NCBI GenBank assembly: GCA_050747905.1
Contig: JBOGKQ010000006.1
Span: 52,980-116,979 of the forward strand
Source: Terriglobales bacterium
GTDB lineage: Bacteria; Acidobacteriota; Terriglobia; Terriglobales; SCQP01
DNA length: 64,000 bases
Reading direction: 5' to 3'
Of this stretch, positions 1 through 9,893 are shown in pieces (the first letter of the stretch is position 1; each line of letters opens with the position of its first letter). The translations under genes and the position numbers were made by a program. The notes under the pieces were generated by a model. It worked only from the letters and a program-made list of their open reading frames with translations. It was not told the DNA's origin and searched no databases.

Positions 1-36
1 AATTTGACCCAGGTAGACCTGAATCGGTGCCGCGCT

Positions 37-1371
37 TTATCGGGCATTATGGGCGGCAATGAGGAGGGGCTCGTAGAGGGGGGCGAGAGCGGGTTGATAG
101 GCGAGATCGAGGTGCTCGATTTGCTCGAGGGTCATGCGCGCGGCGAGAGCGGCGGCGGCGGTGTCGAGACGGCCGGCGACGGTGCCGGCGGCACCGCGGA
201 AATGAGCACCGAGGAGGCGGCCAGTCGTGGGTTGATACACGATGCGGACGATGACGGGTTGGGGATCGAGATAAGCGGCATGAGCGGGGGAGGCAACCTG
301 CTCGACGGTGGCATCGAAGCCGGCAGCGCGGGCCTGCTCGAGGTTCAGGCCGGTACGGCCCCATTCTTGTCCCGCGAGCGGAACCGCGAGGGTGGCGAGC
401 ACGCCGGGAAAGCGGGCGGCGGGAGCATTGACGGCGTTGGCGCCGGCAATGCGGCCCTGCTTATTGGCGGCAGTGCCGAGAGGCACCCAGACGGGCGCGC
501 CGGTAACCAGGTGGAGGGTTTGAGCGCAGTCGCCAGCGGCGAAGATGCCGGGCTGGCTGGTTTGCTGGCGTTCGTTCACGGCGACGGCGCCGGTGCGTCC
601 GAGGACGAGCCCGGCCGCGGCGGCGAGGGAGACTTCAGGGCACAGGCCCCCGCAGTTGATGACGGCATCGCAAGTGATGGTGCCGGAGGTGGTTTCGAGG
701 CCCAGCACGCGGCCGCCGCGCGCGCCCGAGAGGCCGACGACGCGCGTCGCCAGGTGCAGCTCGAGGCCGCGGGCGGCGAGCAGCTCGGCCAGGGGCGCAA
801 TCAACTCGCGCTCGAAGCCGGGCAGCAGTTCGGCGTGGGCATGCACCAACGCAACCTGGAGGCCGCGCTGGGCCAGCGCCTCGGCCGTTTCGAGCCCTAT
901 ATAGCCGCCGCCGACCACGGCCACGCGGCGGATTTCGCCCGCCTGCAAGGCGGCTTCGAGCTCACGCACCTGATCCCACGTGTTGGCGGTGAACACGTTG
1001 CGCAGGCCCGCGGGCGGCTGCCAGCGTGGGCGCGCGCCGGTGGCGATGACCAGGCAGTCGTAAGCGAGCCATGACTCACCCTCGGGGCCACGCAGGCGCA
1101 CACGGCGGCGCGCGGGCTCGATTTCCAGGGCTTCGTGGCCGAGCCGCAGGTCGAGCTGGCGGCGTTCGCGGAACCACTCCGGCGGATGGACGCGCAAGGC
1201 TTCCAGGCTGTGCAGGCGGCGGGCGAGGAAATAGGGCAGGCCGCAGGCGCTGTAGGCGGCGGCCGAGCCGCGCTCCAGCACGGTGATGGCGGCGCGCGGC
1301 GCCAGCTTGCGGGCGCGGCTGGCGGCGCTCAGGCCGGCCGCTACGCCACCGATGACCACGATCTGCTCCAC
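37..1371 (-). CDS. FAD-dependent pyridine nucleotide-disulfide oxidoreductase (NADH oxidase / CoA-disulfide reductase family)
   Basis: ORF 37..1542(-). It has the dinucleotide-binding motif VVIGGVAAG, the redox-Cys motif SACGLPY and a second GGGYIGLE motif. I trimmed the start to GTG 1371 (VEQIVVIGG) because the 57 upstream codons are Pro/Ala/Arg-rich read-through. Confidence 0.8.
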   Translation of the reverse strand: MEQIVVIGGVAAGLSAASRARKLAPRAAITVLERGSAAAYSACGLPYFLARRLHSLEALRVHPPEWFRERRQLDLRLGHEALEIEPARRRVRLRGPEGESWLAYDCLVIATGARPRWQPPAGLRNVFTANTWDQVRELEAALQAGEIRRVAVVGGGYIGLETAEALAQRGLQVALVHAHAELLPGFERELIAPLAELLAARGLELHLATRVVGLSGARGGRVLGLETTSGTITCDAVINCGGLCPEVSLAAAAGLVLGRTGAVAVNERQQTSQPGIFAAGDCAQTLHLVTGAPVWVPLGTAANKQGRIAGANAVNAPAARFPGVLATLAVPLAGQEWGRTGLNLEQARAAGFDATVEQVASPAHAAYLDPQPVIVRIVYQPTTGRLLGAHFRGAAGTVAGRLDTAAAALAARMTLEQIEHLDLAYQPALAPLYEPLLIAAHNAR

Positions 1372-1397
1372 TGGCGGAATTGTACACTGGAGTAAAT

Positions 1398-1919
1398 ATG
1401 CCGCGCGTTCCCGCCAAACTCGATAGCGAGGCTCTCTACCAGAAGGCGGTGCGCCTGCTGGCGGCGCGGCCGCGCAGCGAGGCCGAGCTGCGGCGGGCGC
1501 TGCGGGCGCGCGCGGCCGCGGCCGCGGAAGTGGAAACCGCAATCACGCGGCTGCGCGACCACGGTTACCTGGATGACGCGCGCCTTGCCGCCGGCTTTGC
1601 GCTCTATCAGAAGGATGTAGCCCGGCATGGACGCTTGCGCACCCTGCGTGACCTGCGGGCGCGGGGGGTGAGCGCGGCGGTGGCGGAACAGGCAGTGCGC
1701 AAGGGCTATGCGGGCAGCAGCGAAGATGCTCTGCTGCGGGCGCATCTGCACGCCAAGCGGCTGCGGCCGCCTGAAGATGTGCGCCAGGCGGCCAGCTTGT
1801 GCCGCAGGCTGCTGCGCGCTGGCTTCAGCGCCGCCGCCTGCCAGCGGGCGATGCGGGCGTGGAAGCTGGACCCGGACTGGATCGAGACGATTGCCGCACC
1901 CGAGGAGGAACCCGAATGA
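1398..1919 (+). CDS. recX: Recombination regulator RecX
   Basis: ORF 1380..1919(+), with ATG at 1398 (MPRVPAKLD). It shows the repeated helical RecX pattern (SEAELRRAL, ITRLRDHGYLDDARLAAGFA) and is about 170 aa. Confidence 0.8.
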   Translation: MPRVPAKLDSEALYQKAVRLLAARPRSEAELRRALRARAAAAAEVETAITRLRDHGYLDDARLAAGFALYQKDVARHGRLRTLRDLRARGVSAAVAEQAVRKGYAGSSEDALLRAHLHAKRLRPPEDVRQAASLCRRLLRAGFSAAACQRAMRAWKLDPDWIETIAAPEEEPE

Positions 1920-2188
1920 ACGATAACGATTCTCCCGAGGATCTGGAGCTGACGTTTGTGCCGCCCGGCGAGCGCGAGGCGGTGCGCAACTTCGACGAGG
2001 AGGCCGAAGCCGAACTGGCGGCCGGTTTTTTGCGCGCCCAGGGCATCGCCGCGGAGGTGGGCGCGATGATGATTCCGGGCTTGCAGTCAGGTCTGGCGCT
2101 GTGGGTATACAAAGACGCCGCGCAGGAAGCGCGGACGTTGCTGGACGAGGTTGATGCCAATGCACGCCGGCCGCAGGCGCTGGACTAG
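1916..2188 (+). CDS. DUF2007-like small putative signal-transducing protein
   Basis: ATG 1916 overlaps the recX stop (ATGA). The 90-aa product MNDNDSPEDLELTF...AELAAGFLRAQGIAAEV...WVYKDAAQEARTLL resembles the DUF2007 fold pattern. Confidence 0.55.
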   Translation: MNDNDSPEDLELTFVPPGEREAVRNFDEEAEAELAAGFLRAQGIAAEVGAMMIPGLQSGLALWVYKDAAQEARTLLDEVDANARRPQALD

Positions 2189-2224
2189 CCTATCGGCGGG
2201 CAGCGGACGGCAGTGGCTGAATAT

Positions 2225-3313
2225 TTACCGGGTGAGCGACTTCAGAATGTCGTTGTCCCAAACCAGCTTCAGCGGCGGGCGGCCGGCGGCCAGTTTTTTC
2301 TGCAAGGCGTAGCCGGCGAGCAGCGGCAGCGAGACCGAGGGCTCGACAAAGCACATGGCGGTGGTGGCCGTGGGCTGGATTTTCCCCCAACTCATCGCCT
2401 CCTTGAGGGTGCTGCCCGACAGGCCGCCCCAGTGCGGGGCGTCGGCGGTGAGCTGCAGGGCGTAACTGTGGCCTTTTTCCTCTTCGAAAATATAGGCCAT
2501 GACCACCGAATCGTTGATGTAGTTTTTCGGTACGCCGCCGGCGATGTAGATGGCCGCAGTCTTTTTCGACTGCACCACGATCTGGGTGAGCTCGTAGTTA
2601 TCGCGGATGGAGTCTATCGCCAGGTGCGGGCGGTTGGCCAGGACGGCGCGATGGTAGTGATGGGTGAGGCCGATGCCGATGGAGCTGTCATTAATCGCGG
2701 GGGCGAACATGGGCACGCCGCGCTGGAAGGCGGTGCGGACGATGGAATTGTTGTCGTCGAGCTTGCTGGCGACGAAGTCAAGGTAGGCGCGGGTGGAGGT
2801 GTTGCCGGGCGGCAATTCATCGGCGAGGCGGCCCAGCCAGGTGTCGGTCTCGAGAAACTTTTCCTCATCCACGTAAGTGTCGTAGATGCGGTCAATCATC
2901 AGGGCGTGCAGTTCCGGATCGTTGGCGTTGGGATCGCCGACATAGTGGCCGAAGCCGCGCGCTTGGTAAATATCCTGATAGAGGATGGCGCCGGTGGAAA
3001 CAATGACGTCAATGAAGCCGCCGGCGACGAGGTCGCGCAGCACCTTGCGGAGACCGGCGGCGATGAGCGGGCCGGCGAGGCCGAGCATGACCGTGGGGCG
3101 GTCTTTGTCGCTGTAGAGGTTATCGAGCACCTCGGCGCAGCGGCCGAGATTGCGCGCCTGAATGGAGGCGCCGCCCATGGCCTGGACCAGATCGGCCACG
3201 GTGGAGACGTGATCGTAGTCCACCGGGCGGATGCGGGTGCGAAGGTATTCGGCCTTGGCGCGGCGGTCAATTGCGCCGGCGCCGGGAACGCTCAGGGAAG
3301 GTTGATCAGGCAC
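2225..3313 (-). CDS. Deoxyhypusine synthase family protein (DHS-like / homospermidine-synthase-like)
   Basis: 362-aa ORF with DHS hallmarks: ARNLGRCAEVL, MLGLAGPLIAAGLR, VIVSTGAILYQD, IDRIYDTYVDEEKF, IYIAGGVPKNY, SWGKI. The start codon is GTG. Confidence 0.85.
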   Translation of the reverse strand: MPDQPSLSVPGAGAIDRRAKAEYLRTRIRPVDYDHVSTVADLVQAMGGASIQARNLGRCAEVLDNLYSDKDRPTVMLGLAGPLIAAGLRKVLRDLVAGGFIDVIVSTGAILYQDIYQARGFGHYVGDPNANDPELHALMIDRIYDTYVDEEKFLETDTWLGRLADELPPGNTSTRAYLDFVASKLDDNNSIVRTAFQRGVPMFAPAINDSSIGIGLTHHYHRAVLANRPHLAIDSIRDNYELTQIVVQSKKTAAIYIAGGVPKNYINDSVVMAYIFEEEKGHSYALQLTADAPHWGGLSGSTLKEAMSWGKIQPTATTAMCFVEPSVSLPLLAGYALQKKLAAGRPPLKLVWDNDILKSLTR

Positions 3314-3334
3314 GGGAATATTCCTCGAAGCAGC

Positions 3335-4093
3335 TTAGCGCCCGCTGCCGGCGGCGGGACGGCGTTTGCGCGGGCGCTGGCGGACGATCTGCAGACTATA
3401 GCCGCGGTTGGCCGCATATTGATGCTCCACCGAACGTACGCGCTCATGCACGAGGGCGGGATCAAGCGCGGGAAAGCCGGAATCCGGTTCGAACAGGTCT
3501 TCGTAGAAAATGTCGGTGAACATGGAGGCCATGTAGAGGCCGAGGGCGTCGGCTTCGGCCGACTTGCGGTAGTTTCTCCAGGCTTCTTCGGCCGCATCGG
3601 GCTTGGCCTCCGCAAACGCGGTGCGCCATTCCCAGGCTTCGGGCGTCAGCTCTCCGGCCTTGCCGGCGTCGTACTGGCGGCGCAGAAGGTGCTCGAAATC
3701 AATGCCGTCCGGAGACTCCAAAGCCGCCAGATAGGCGATCTTGTCGAAAAATTCCATGGCGAGTCCGTAGGTGTCGTGCTCGTAGAACCTGAGGCTGATC
3801 AGCAGCAGGCTGCCGCTGGGCTTGACGTCCAGGTGATGGCAGAGCTCCTTGCGGCTTTCACCCTCGGCGGCGGCATTGAGGCCGACGAGGATGCTGCGGC
3901 GCTGTTTATAGAGCCAAGGGACGAAATAGCAGACAGCACGGCCCAAATGAGGGATGAGGGCGCGGGGAACGGCTTCAACCATGTGCTCCAGGCCGCGCTG
4001 CTCCTGACCGCTTTGTTCGGCCACCACGGCGTACATGAGTCCGTTGTCGGCGGTGCGGACCGAGCCGCCGCGCAGCATATCCTCAATCGTCAT
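3335..4093 (-). CDS. Hypothetical protein (about 252 aa), co-directional with and 21 nt upstream of the DHS-like gene
   Basis: This is part of ORF 3335..4405(-). The start is set at ATG 4093 (MTIEDML), which is preceded by GAAAGG. The composition is non-repetitive and Trp/Tyr/Glu-rich, unlike the spurious high-GC ORFs. I do not recognise a family. Confidence 0.55.
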   Translation of the reverse strand: MTIEDMLRGGSVRTADNGLMYAVVAEQSGQEQRGLEHMVEAVPRALIPHLGRAVCYFVPWLYKQRRSILVGLNAAAEGESRKELCHHLDVKPSGSLLLISLRFYEHDTYGLAMEFFDKIAYLAALESPDGIDFEHLLRRQYDAGKAGELTPEAWEWRTAFAEAKPDAAEEAWRNYRKSAEADALGLYMASMFTDIFYEDLFEPDSGFPALDPALVHERVRSVEHQYAANRGYSLQIVRQRPRKRRPAAGSGR

Positions 4094-4130
4094 CCTTTCA
4101 AGTGTACCGAACAGTGCTACCATCGCGGGC

Positions 4131-7100
4131 ATGAAGCGCATTCTGGACTGTCTAGCTGCCGCCGCCGTGCTGGGCGGGCTGGCGTTTTCCCAAGCCGTTT
4201 CGCAGGCGGAAATGACCCAGCCGGCCCTGTCGCCCGACGGGCAGCAGATCGCCTTCGCCAGCAACGGCGCCATCTGGACCGTGCCGGCGCGCGGCGGCGT
4301 GGCGCGCATCCTGATTGCCAGCGCCGCGACCGAGTCGCGGCCGCTGTATTCGCCGGATGGAAAATGGCTGGCGTTCGAATCCACGCGCACCGGCGGCGGC
4401 GACATTTATCTGTTCAACCTGACCACCAGCGAGCTGCGGCGGCTGACCTGGGATGATGGCGCGGACCGGCTGGATTGCTGGTCGCCCGACAGCCAGTGGG
4501 TGTATTTCAGCTCCAGCAGCCACAACGCGGGCGGGATGAACGACATTGATCGGGTGCGCATCACCGGCGGTACTCCGCTGCCGGTAAGTTCGCAGCGCTA
4601 CGTGGACCAGTACGACGCCGCCGCGGCGCCGGACGGCTCGCTGGCGGTGGTGACGCGGGGGGAGATGGGGCTGAGCCAATGGTGGCGCGACGGACATGCA
4701 CACATTGACAACACTCAAATCTGGCGCGTGGTGCCTGCCGCCGTGGATGGCGCCAAGACCGGCTACCAGATGTTGCTGCCGACCGATCAGGCCAAGAACA
4801 TCTGGCCGATGTGGGGGCCCGAGGGGCGGACGCTGTATTTCATGTCCGACCGCAGCGGCGCGGAGAACTTGTGGGAGCTGCCCTCGGTTGGGGCGCAGCC
4901 GCGGGCGCTGACGCACTTTACGGACGGCCGGCTCTTGTGGCCCGCACTTGCCGCCGACGGCTCGGCGATCGTGTTCGCGCGCGATTTCCGCGTCTGGAAG
5001 CTGGACCTGCGGCACCACCGCGTCGCGGACGTGCCCATCACCATGGTGGGCGTGCCGCATTTGCCCAGCATCGTTCCCACCACGATTACCACCGCAACGG
5101 ATCCGGCAGTTTCACCCGACGGCAAAAAGCTGGCCTATACCGCCCACGGCGAAGTCTTTGTGGATATGGCCGAAAACGGCGGGCCGGCGCTACGGCTGAC
5201 GCACACCGGCAAGCTGCAGTTTGGATTGCAGTGGGCCCCGGACAGCGAACATTTGGCCTATGTTTCCGACCGCGACGGCAGCGACCACATTTACCAGTAC
5301 GACTTCCTGACCGATCAGGAGAAACAGCTTACCGCTGGCAGCGGCGAGGAGTTTCATATCCACTATGCGCCGGACGGCAAGACCTTGGCGTTTGAGCGCG
5401 GGACCACGCAGATCGTCACGCTGGATTTGGCGACGGGGCAAGATAAGGTGCTGGCCACCGGATATTTCGACAGCCTGCCGCCGCTCAACAACAGCGGCAT
5501 CATGGCCTGGTCGCCCGACAGCCAGTACCTGGCGTTTCTGAACCACGCCGATGGCATATTCCCCGAGGCCTATGTGGTCGCCGCCAGCGGCGGCGCGCCG
5601 CGCGAGGTGAGCTTTGTGCCGAACAGCTTTGCCGGCTCGCTCGCCTGGAGCCCCGATGGGCGCTTCCTGCTGTACCAGACCTCGCAGCGCACCGAACCCA
5701 GCCAGATTGCGCGCGTGGATCTGACCCCGGTGCTGCCGCTGTTCCGCGAGAATTTGTTTCAAGACCTGTTCCAGAAGGAAAAGCATCCAGTGGGGCGCGC
5801 CGCGGCCCACGCCGATACGCCTGCGGCAACGCCCACGGTTGACTACGAGGAGATTGCCGAGCGGGTGCAACTGCTGCCGATGCTCAATGCGCGCTCGCCA
5901 CGGATTTCTCCGGATGGCAAATGGCTGGCCTACATCGGCTCGGAGGGCCCGACCAGCAACATCTACGTGGTGCCGCTGGACCGCAAGACCCTCATGACCG
6001 GGCCCGGGGGGCCGGGTGGACGCGCCGCGGCGCCCAAGCAGTTGACCTCGACCAACGGGCGGAAGGCGGACCTGCAGTTCACCGCCGACTCGAAAATACT
6101 GTATTACCTCGACGGCAATCATATCCATCGCGTAGCGGTGACCGGCGGCAGCGCAAAAACGGTGAACGTGAGCGCCGAACTCGATGTGGACTTCGGCCGC
6201 GAAAAAGAAGAGATGTTCTCGCAGGTGTGGCGCTATTTGCGCGACGACTACCAGGTTGCCGACATGAACGGGGTGAACTGGGTGGGGGTGCAGACCGAGT
6301 TCGCGCCCGAAGTCGCCGCCGCCACCAATCCGGACGCGCTGCGCTGGCTGCTGACGGAAATGATCGGGCGGCTGAACTCGTCGCATTCCGGCATCTATCC
6401 GCCACGCGGCGGGGCGCGACCCTCAACCGGGCACATCGGCTTGCTGTTTGACCGCGTGGGATACGAGCGACTGGGCAAGCTGTGCGTGAGTGAAGTCATT
6501 GCGCGGAGCCCGGCGGCGCTGGCGGGCGTCAAAGTGGGTGACTGCCTGACGCAGGTGGACGGCACTACGGTCACCGGCTCGACCAACCTCGACGAGCTGC
6601 TGCACGACACCATCGGCAAAAAGCTCACCGTCACGCTCACCGCCGCCAGCGGCGCCTCGCGAACGGTCGCCATGAAGCCGCTCAACGCCAGCCAGGGCAA
6701 GCAGTTGATCTACCAGGCCTGGGTGGCGCACAACCGCGCGCTGGTAGCGAAACTCAGTGGCGGGCGGCTGGGCTACGTGCACATGGTGGACATGGAAACC
6801 GGCTCGCTCAACAAGCTCTTCATGGACTTGAACTCGGCCGAGTACGGCAAAGAGGGCGTGGTGGTGGACGTGCGCAACAACAACGGCGGTTTCGTCAACG
6901 CCTACGCGCTCGACATGCTCACCCGCCAGCCCTATCTGACCATGATTCCGCGCGGGTTCCCGAAAAAGCCGGCGCGCGTCGCGCTCGGCCAGCGGGCGCT
7001 GGAAAAGCCGACCATCCTGCTGGTGAACCAGAACACCCTCTCCGACGGCGAGGACTTCACCGAAGGCTATGAGGCCATGCACCTGGGGCAGGTGGTGGGA

Positions 7101-7361
7101 CTCCCGACCGCGGGCTGGATCATCTACACCTCGGCGGGCCAACTCATTGACGGCTCGACCGTGCGGCTGCCGAGCACGCACATCCTCGACGCCCAGGGCA
7201 AGCCCATGGAGCTGCATCCGCGCCCCGTGGACATCACCGTTCACAATCCCCTGGGCTCGTGGCAGGATGGCACCGACCCGCAACTGGCGGCGGCGGTGAA
7301 GGCGCTGCTGGCGAAAGTCGGCGGGCCGCCGCGCCACGTCGCCGAGGGCGGAAACAATTAG
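4131..7361 (+). CDS. Tricorn protease homologue (PD40/beta-propeller repeats + PDZ + S41 peptidase domain), secreted
   Basis: Start ATG 4131 gives a signal peptide (MKRILDCLAAAAVLGGLAFSQAVSQA). It has many SPDG(K/Q)xxAF PD40 repeats, a PDZ-like segment (LAGVKVGDCLTQVDG) and an S41 core (VVVDVRNNNGG...LVNQNTLSDGE). Confidence 0.85.
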   Translation: MKRILDCLAAAAVLGGLAFSQAVSQAEMTQPALSPDGQQIAFASNGAIWTVPARGGVARILIASAATESRPLYSPDGKWLAFESTRTGGGDIYLFNLTTSELRRLTWDDGADRLDCWSPDSQWVYFSSSSHNAGGMNDIDRVRITGGTPLPVSSQRYVDQYDAAAAPDGSLAVVTRGEMGLSQWWRDGHAHIDNTQIWRVVPAAVDGAKTGYQMLLPTDQAKNIWPMWGPEGRTLYFMSDRSGAENLWELPSVGAQPRALTHFTDGRLLWPALAADGSAIVFARDFRVWKLDLRHHRVADVPITMVGVPHLPSIVPTTITTATDPAVSPDGKKLAYTAHGEVFVDMAENGGPALRLTHTGKLQFGLQWAPDSEHLAYVSDRDGSDHIYQYDFLTDQEKQLTAGSGEEFHIHYAPDGKTLAFERGTTQIVTLDLATGQDKVLATGYFDSLPPLNNSGIMAWSPDSQYLAFLNHADGIFPEAYVVAASGGAPREVSFVPNSFAGSLAWSPDGRFLLYQTSQRTEPSQIARVDLTPVLPLFRENLFQDLFQKEKHPVGRAAAHADTPAATPTVDYEEIAERVQLLPMLNARSPRISPDGKWLAYIGSEGPTSNIYVVPLDRKTLMTGPGGPGGRAAAPKQLTSTNGRKADLQFTADSKILYYLDGNHIHRVAVTGGSAKTVNVSAELDVDFGREKEEMFSQVWRYLRDDYQVADMNGVNWVGVQTEFAPEVAAATNPDALRWLLTEMIGRLNSSHSGIYPPRGGARPSTGHIGLLFDRVGYERLGKLCVSEVIARSPAALAGVKVGDCLTQVDGTTVTGSTNLDELLHDTIGKKLTVTLTAASGASRTVAMKPLNASQGKQLIYQAWVAHNRALVAKLSGGRLGYVHMVDMETGSLNKLFMDLNSAEYGKEGVVVDVRNNNGGFVNAYALDMLTRQPYLTMIPRGFPKKPARVALGQRALEKPTILLVNQNTLSDGEDFTEGYEAMHLGQVVGLPTAGWIIYTSAGQLIDGSTVRLPSTHILDAQGKPMELHPRPVDITVHNPLGSWQDGTDPQLAAAVKALLAKVGGPPRHVAEGGNN

Positions 7362-7435
7362 CGGACCGCCGGCTGATTCCAAACGGCCGGTTCGGGTCCG
7401 GTGCAAGCGGGCGCCGACAGGCTACACTGGACCCT

Positions 7436-9298
7436 ATGCCGGCTGCCGACGAAATTTTGCAGGGGTTGGAGTGGAAAGTCAATGAGCCGCCGCGGGAGCT
7501 ACCGCGCCAGGAGCGGCTGCGGCGCATCCGCCATTCCGCCTCGCACTTGATGGCGCAGGCGGTGCGGGAAATTTTTCCCGACGTCCGCCTCGCCATCGGA
7601 CCGCCCATTGAGAACGGCTTCTATTACGACATGGAGCTGCCGCGCGCCCTTACCGACGCCGATCTGCCCGAGATCGAAAAGCGCATGCGCAAGATCGTGG
7701 CCCGCGATCCGCAGTTCTACCGCGCCGGCATCGAGCGCGCGCGCGCGCTGGAGCTGTTCCGCGAGTGGAAGCAGCCCTACAAAGTCGAGCTGATCGAGGG
7801 TCTCGGCGATGCCGAGATGTCACTCTACAAGCAGGACCGCTTCGTGGACCTGTGCGCCGGGCCGCACGTCGCCCAAGGCGGCATCTGCGGGCATTTCAAG
7901 CTGCTGTCGGTGGCGGGGGCCTACTGGCGCGGCGACGAGCATCGCCAGATGCTGCAGCGCGTCTACGGCACGGCTTGGGAGAGCGAAGCCGAGCTGGCCG
8001 AGTACCTGCAGTTCCTCGAGGACTCCAAAGCCCGCGACCACCGCAAGCTGGGGTTGCAACTCGACCTGTTCAGCTTCCATCCCTGGTCGGGCGGCTGCCC
8101 CTTCTGGCATCCGCGCGGGCTGATCGTGCGCCAAGAGTTGCGGCGGCTGTGGCGCGAAACACACAAAAAAGCCGGCTACGTCGAGATTTTGAACCCGGTG
8201 CTTTACCGCAAGGAGATGTTCGAAACCTCGGGGCACTGGGAGCATTTCCGCGAACACATGTTTCTGGTGCAGGAGGGCGAAGACCCGGACTCGCTCATGG
8301 GACTGAAGCCGATGAACTGCCCTGACACCATGCTCTACTACAAAACCCGCCAGCACAGTTACCGCGAGCTGCCGCTGCGCATTTCGCAGGGCCAACTGCT
8401 GCACCGCAACGAGCCCATGGGCGCTCTGCACGGGTTGATGCGGGCGCGGGTGTTCAGCCAGGACGATGCGCATATTTATCTGCACGAGGATCAGATTCAG
8501 GACGAGATCGTGCGCGTGCTGGAGTTGCTCAAGCTGATCTATTCGTTTTTCGGGCTGCGCTACTCGATTACGCTTTCAACCCGTCCGGAAAACTCGATGG
8601 GCGAGACTGCGCTGTGGGATAAGGCCGAAGCCGGGCTGAAACAGGCGCTCGAGCGGCTGCAATTGTCCTACAAGGTGGACATCGGTGGCGGCGCGTTTTA
8701 CGGACCCAAAATTGATGTCATGGTGCACGACAGCATGGGGCGGCAGTGGCAGTGCGGAACCGTGCAGCTCGATTTCAACCTGCCGCGGCGCTTCGAGCTG
8801 GAATTCATTGACCACGACAATCAGGCGCGCACGCCCGTGGTGATTCACCGGGCGCTGTTTGGCTCGGTGGAGCGTTTCCTGGGTATTTTGCTGGAGCACT
8901 TTGCCGGCGCGCTGCCCACCTGGCTGGCGCCGGTGCAGGCCGTGGTGTTACCCATCGCCGAGGGGCAGGATGCCTACGGGCGTCAGGTGGTCGAGGCGTG
9001 CGAGGCCGCGGGCCTGCGCGCCGAGCTGATGCCGGCGGAGAGCAAGATTGGCTACCGCATCCGCGAGGCCGAGCTGCACAAAATTCCCTACATGCTGGTC
9101 GTCGGCAAGCGCGAGGCCGAATCAGGCGGGGTCTCGGTGCGTACCTACCAGGAAAAGGACCGCGGTGCGATGCCGCTCGCCCAGTTGATCGAGGAGCTGC
9201 AGCGCAAGAACCGCGAGCGCACCCTCGATGTCACGGTGAAGGACTACAGCGCGCTGTTCCGGACCGAAGGCACGGGCGAAGCCGAAATCGCCTACTGA
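7436..9298 (+). CDS. thrS: Threonine--tRNA ligase (lacks the N-terminal TGS domain)
   Basis: ATG 7436. It has the editing-domain motif HSASHLMAQAV, GPPIENGFYYD, class II motifs (FHRNEP-like LLHRNEPMGALHGLMRARVFSQDDAHIY, GAFYGPKID, QCGTVQLDF) and the C-terminal anticodon-binding domain. Confidence 0.95.
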   Translation: MPAADEILQGLEWKVNEPPRELPRQERLRRIRHSASHLMAQAVREIFPDVRLAIGPPIENGFYYDMELPRALTDADLPEIEKRMRKIVARDPQFYRAGIERARALELFREWKQPYKVELIEGLGDAEMSLYKQDRFVDLCAGPHVAQGGICGHFKLLSVAGAYWRGDEHRQMLQRVYGTAWESEAELAEYLQFLEDSKARDHRKLGLQLDLFSFHPWSGGCPFWHPRGLIVRQELRRLWRETHKKAGYVEILNPVLYRKEMFETSGHWEHFREHMFLVQEGEDPDSLMGLKPMNCPDTMLYYKTRQHSYRELPLRISQGQLLHRNEPMGALHGLMRARVFSQDDAHIYLHEDQIQDEIVRVLELLKLIYSFFGLRYSITLSTRPENSMGETALWDKAEAGLKQALERLQLSYKVDIGGGAFYGPKIDVMVHDSMGRQWQCGTVQLDFNLPRRFELEFIDHDNQARTPVVIHRALFGSVERFLGILLEHFAGALPTWLAPVQAVVLPIAEGQDAYGRQVVEACEAAGLRAELMPAESKIGYRIREAELHKIPYMLVVGKREAESGGVSVRTYQEKDRGAMPLAQLIEELQRKNRERTLDVTVKDYSALFRTEGTGEAEIAY

Positions 9299-9398
9299 TG
9301 GAGATCGCTGCTGGCAGGCTTTGGCCTGATCGAGTTGCGCGCGGCATCCACTTCGGCCGCGTGCAGCCGGAGGGGGCTGAGCGTGCATCCAATGGATT

Positions 9399-9665
9399 AT
9401 GGTTGTGATCTGGTGGGTCATCGTCGGCCTGATCGCGGGTTGGGCTACGGGTAGGATCATGCACGGGGCGGGCTACGGCGTGATCATGGACGTGGTCATC
9501 GGCATCATCGGCGCCATCATCGGCGGGGCGATCATGAACGCTCTGGGCGCGCCGGCCAGCGGCGGCCTGATCTATACCGTACTGGTGGCCATTCTGGGCG
9601 CGGTGGTATTGACGGCCATCGTGCGCGCCTTGGCGGGCAGATCCTCGCGGCGCGTGCGCAGTTGA
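9399..9665 (+). CDS. GlsB/YeaQ/YmgE family (transglycosylase-associated) small membrane protein
   Basis: 88-aa ORF with three Gly-rich TM helices: VIVGLIAGWATGRIM, VVIGIIGAIIGGAIMN, YTVLVAILGAVVL. Confidence 0.8.
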   Translation: MVVIWWVIVGLIAGWATGRIMHGAGYGVIMDVVIGIIGAIIGGAIMNALGAPASGGLIYTVLVAILGAVVLTAIVRALAGRSSRRVRS

Positions 9666-9674
9666 GGCGCGCCA

Positions 9675-9882
9675 CTCGCGGGGGTCGCGCCGCTTTGCAC
9701 CGTGGGCAAAATCGCCGCGCAGGGCCTCAAAATTCGGCATGGGCGAGCGTCCCAGCGTGCGCCCCCGGGGCAACATGCAGGCGCGGCCCCAGCGATGCGA
9801 GCATAAGCGGGACGCGCGGCGCAATTCGTCCTGCGTAGTTCCAGCAGGGCGAAGCAGCCGCGCTGGGGCCCGCGCCAACATT
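9675..9882 (+). repeat. Dispersed mosaic repeat, copy A (modules M3-M4-M5-M6-M7)
   Basis: It lies between the convergent yeaQ-like and purN genes. It shares TCGCGGGGGTCGCGCCGCTTTGCACCGTGGGCAAAATCG, CCCCCGGGGCAACATGCAGGCGCGGCCCCA, GCGAGCATAAGCGGGACGCGCGGCGCA, ATTCGTCCTGCGTAGTTCCAGCAGGGCGAAGC and AGCCGCGCTGGGGCCCGCGCCAACATT with the copies at 18497, 32444 and 62491. Confidence 0.9.
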
Positions 9883-9893
9883 CGCTGGGTCCG

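Noticed and set aside
2213-4456. 747-aa ORF on the + strand
   Set aside because: It lies antisense to the DHS-like and hypothetical genes. It is Gly/Ala/Val/Arg-rich with no recognisable motifs, which is typical of a spurious long ORF in high-G+C DNA.
7362-7402. Imperfect hairpin after the tricorn protease gene as a terminator
   Set aside because: The stem has bulges and mismatches and is not followed by a T-tract.
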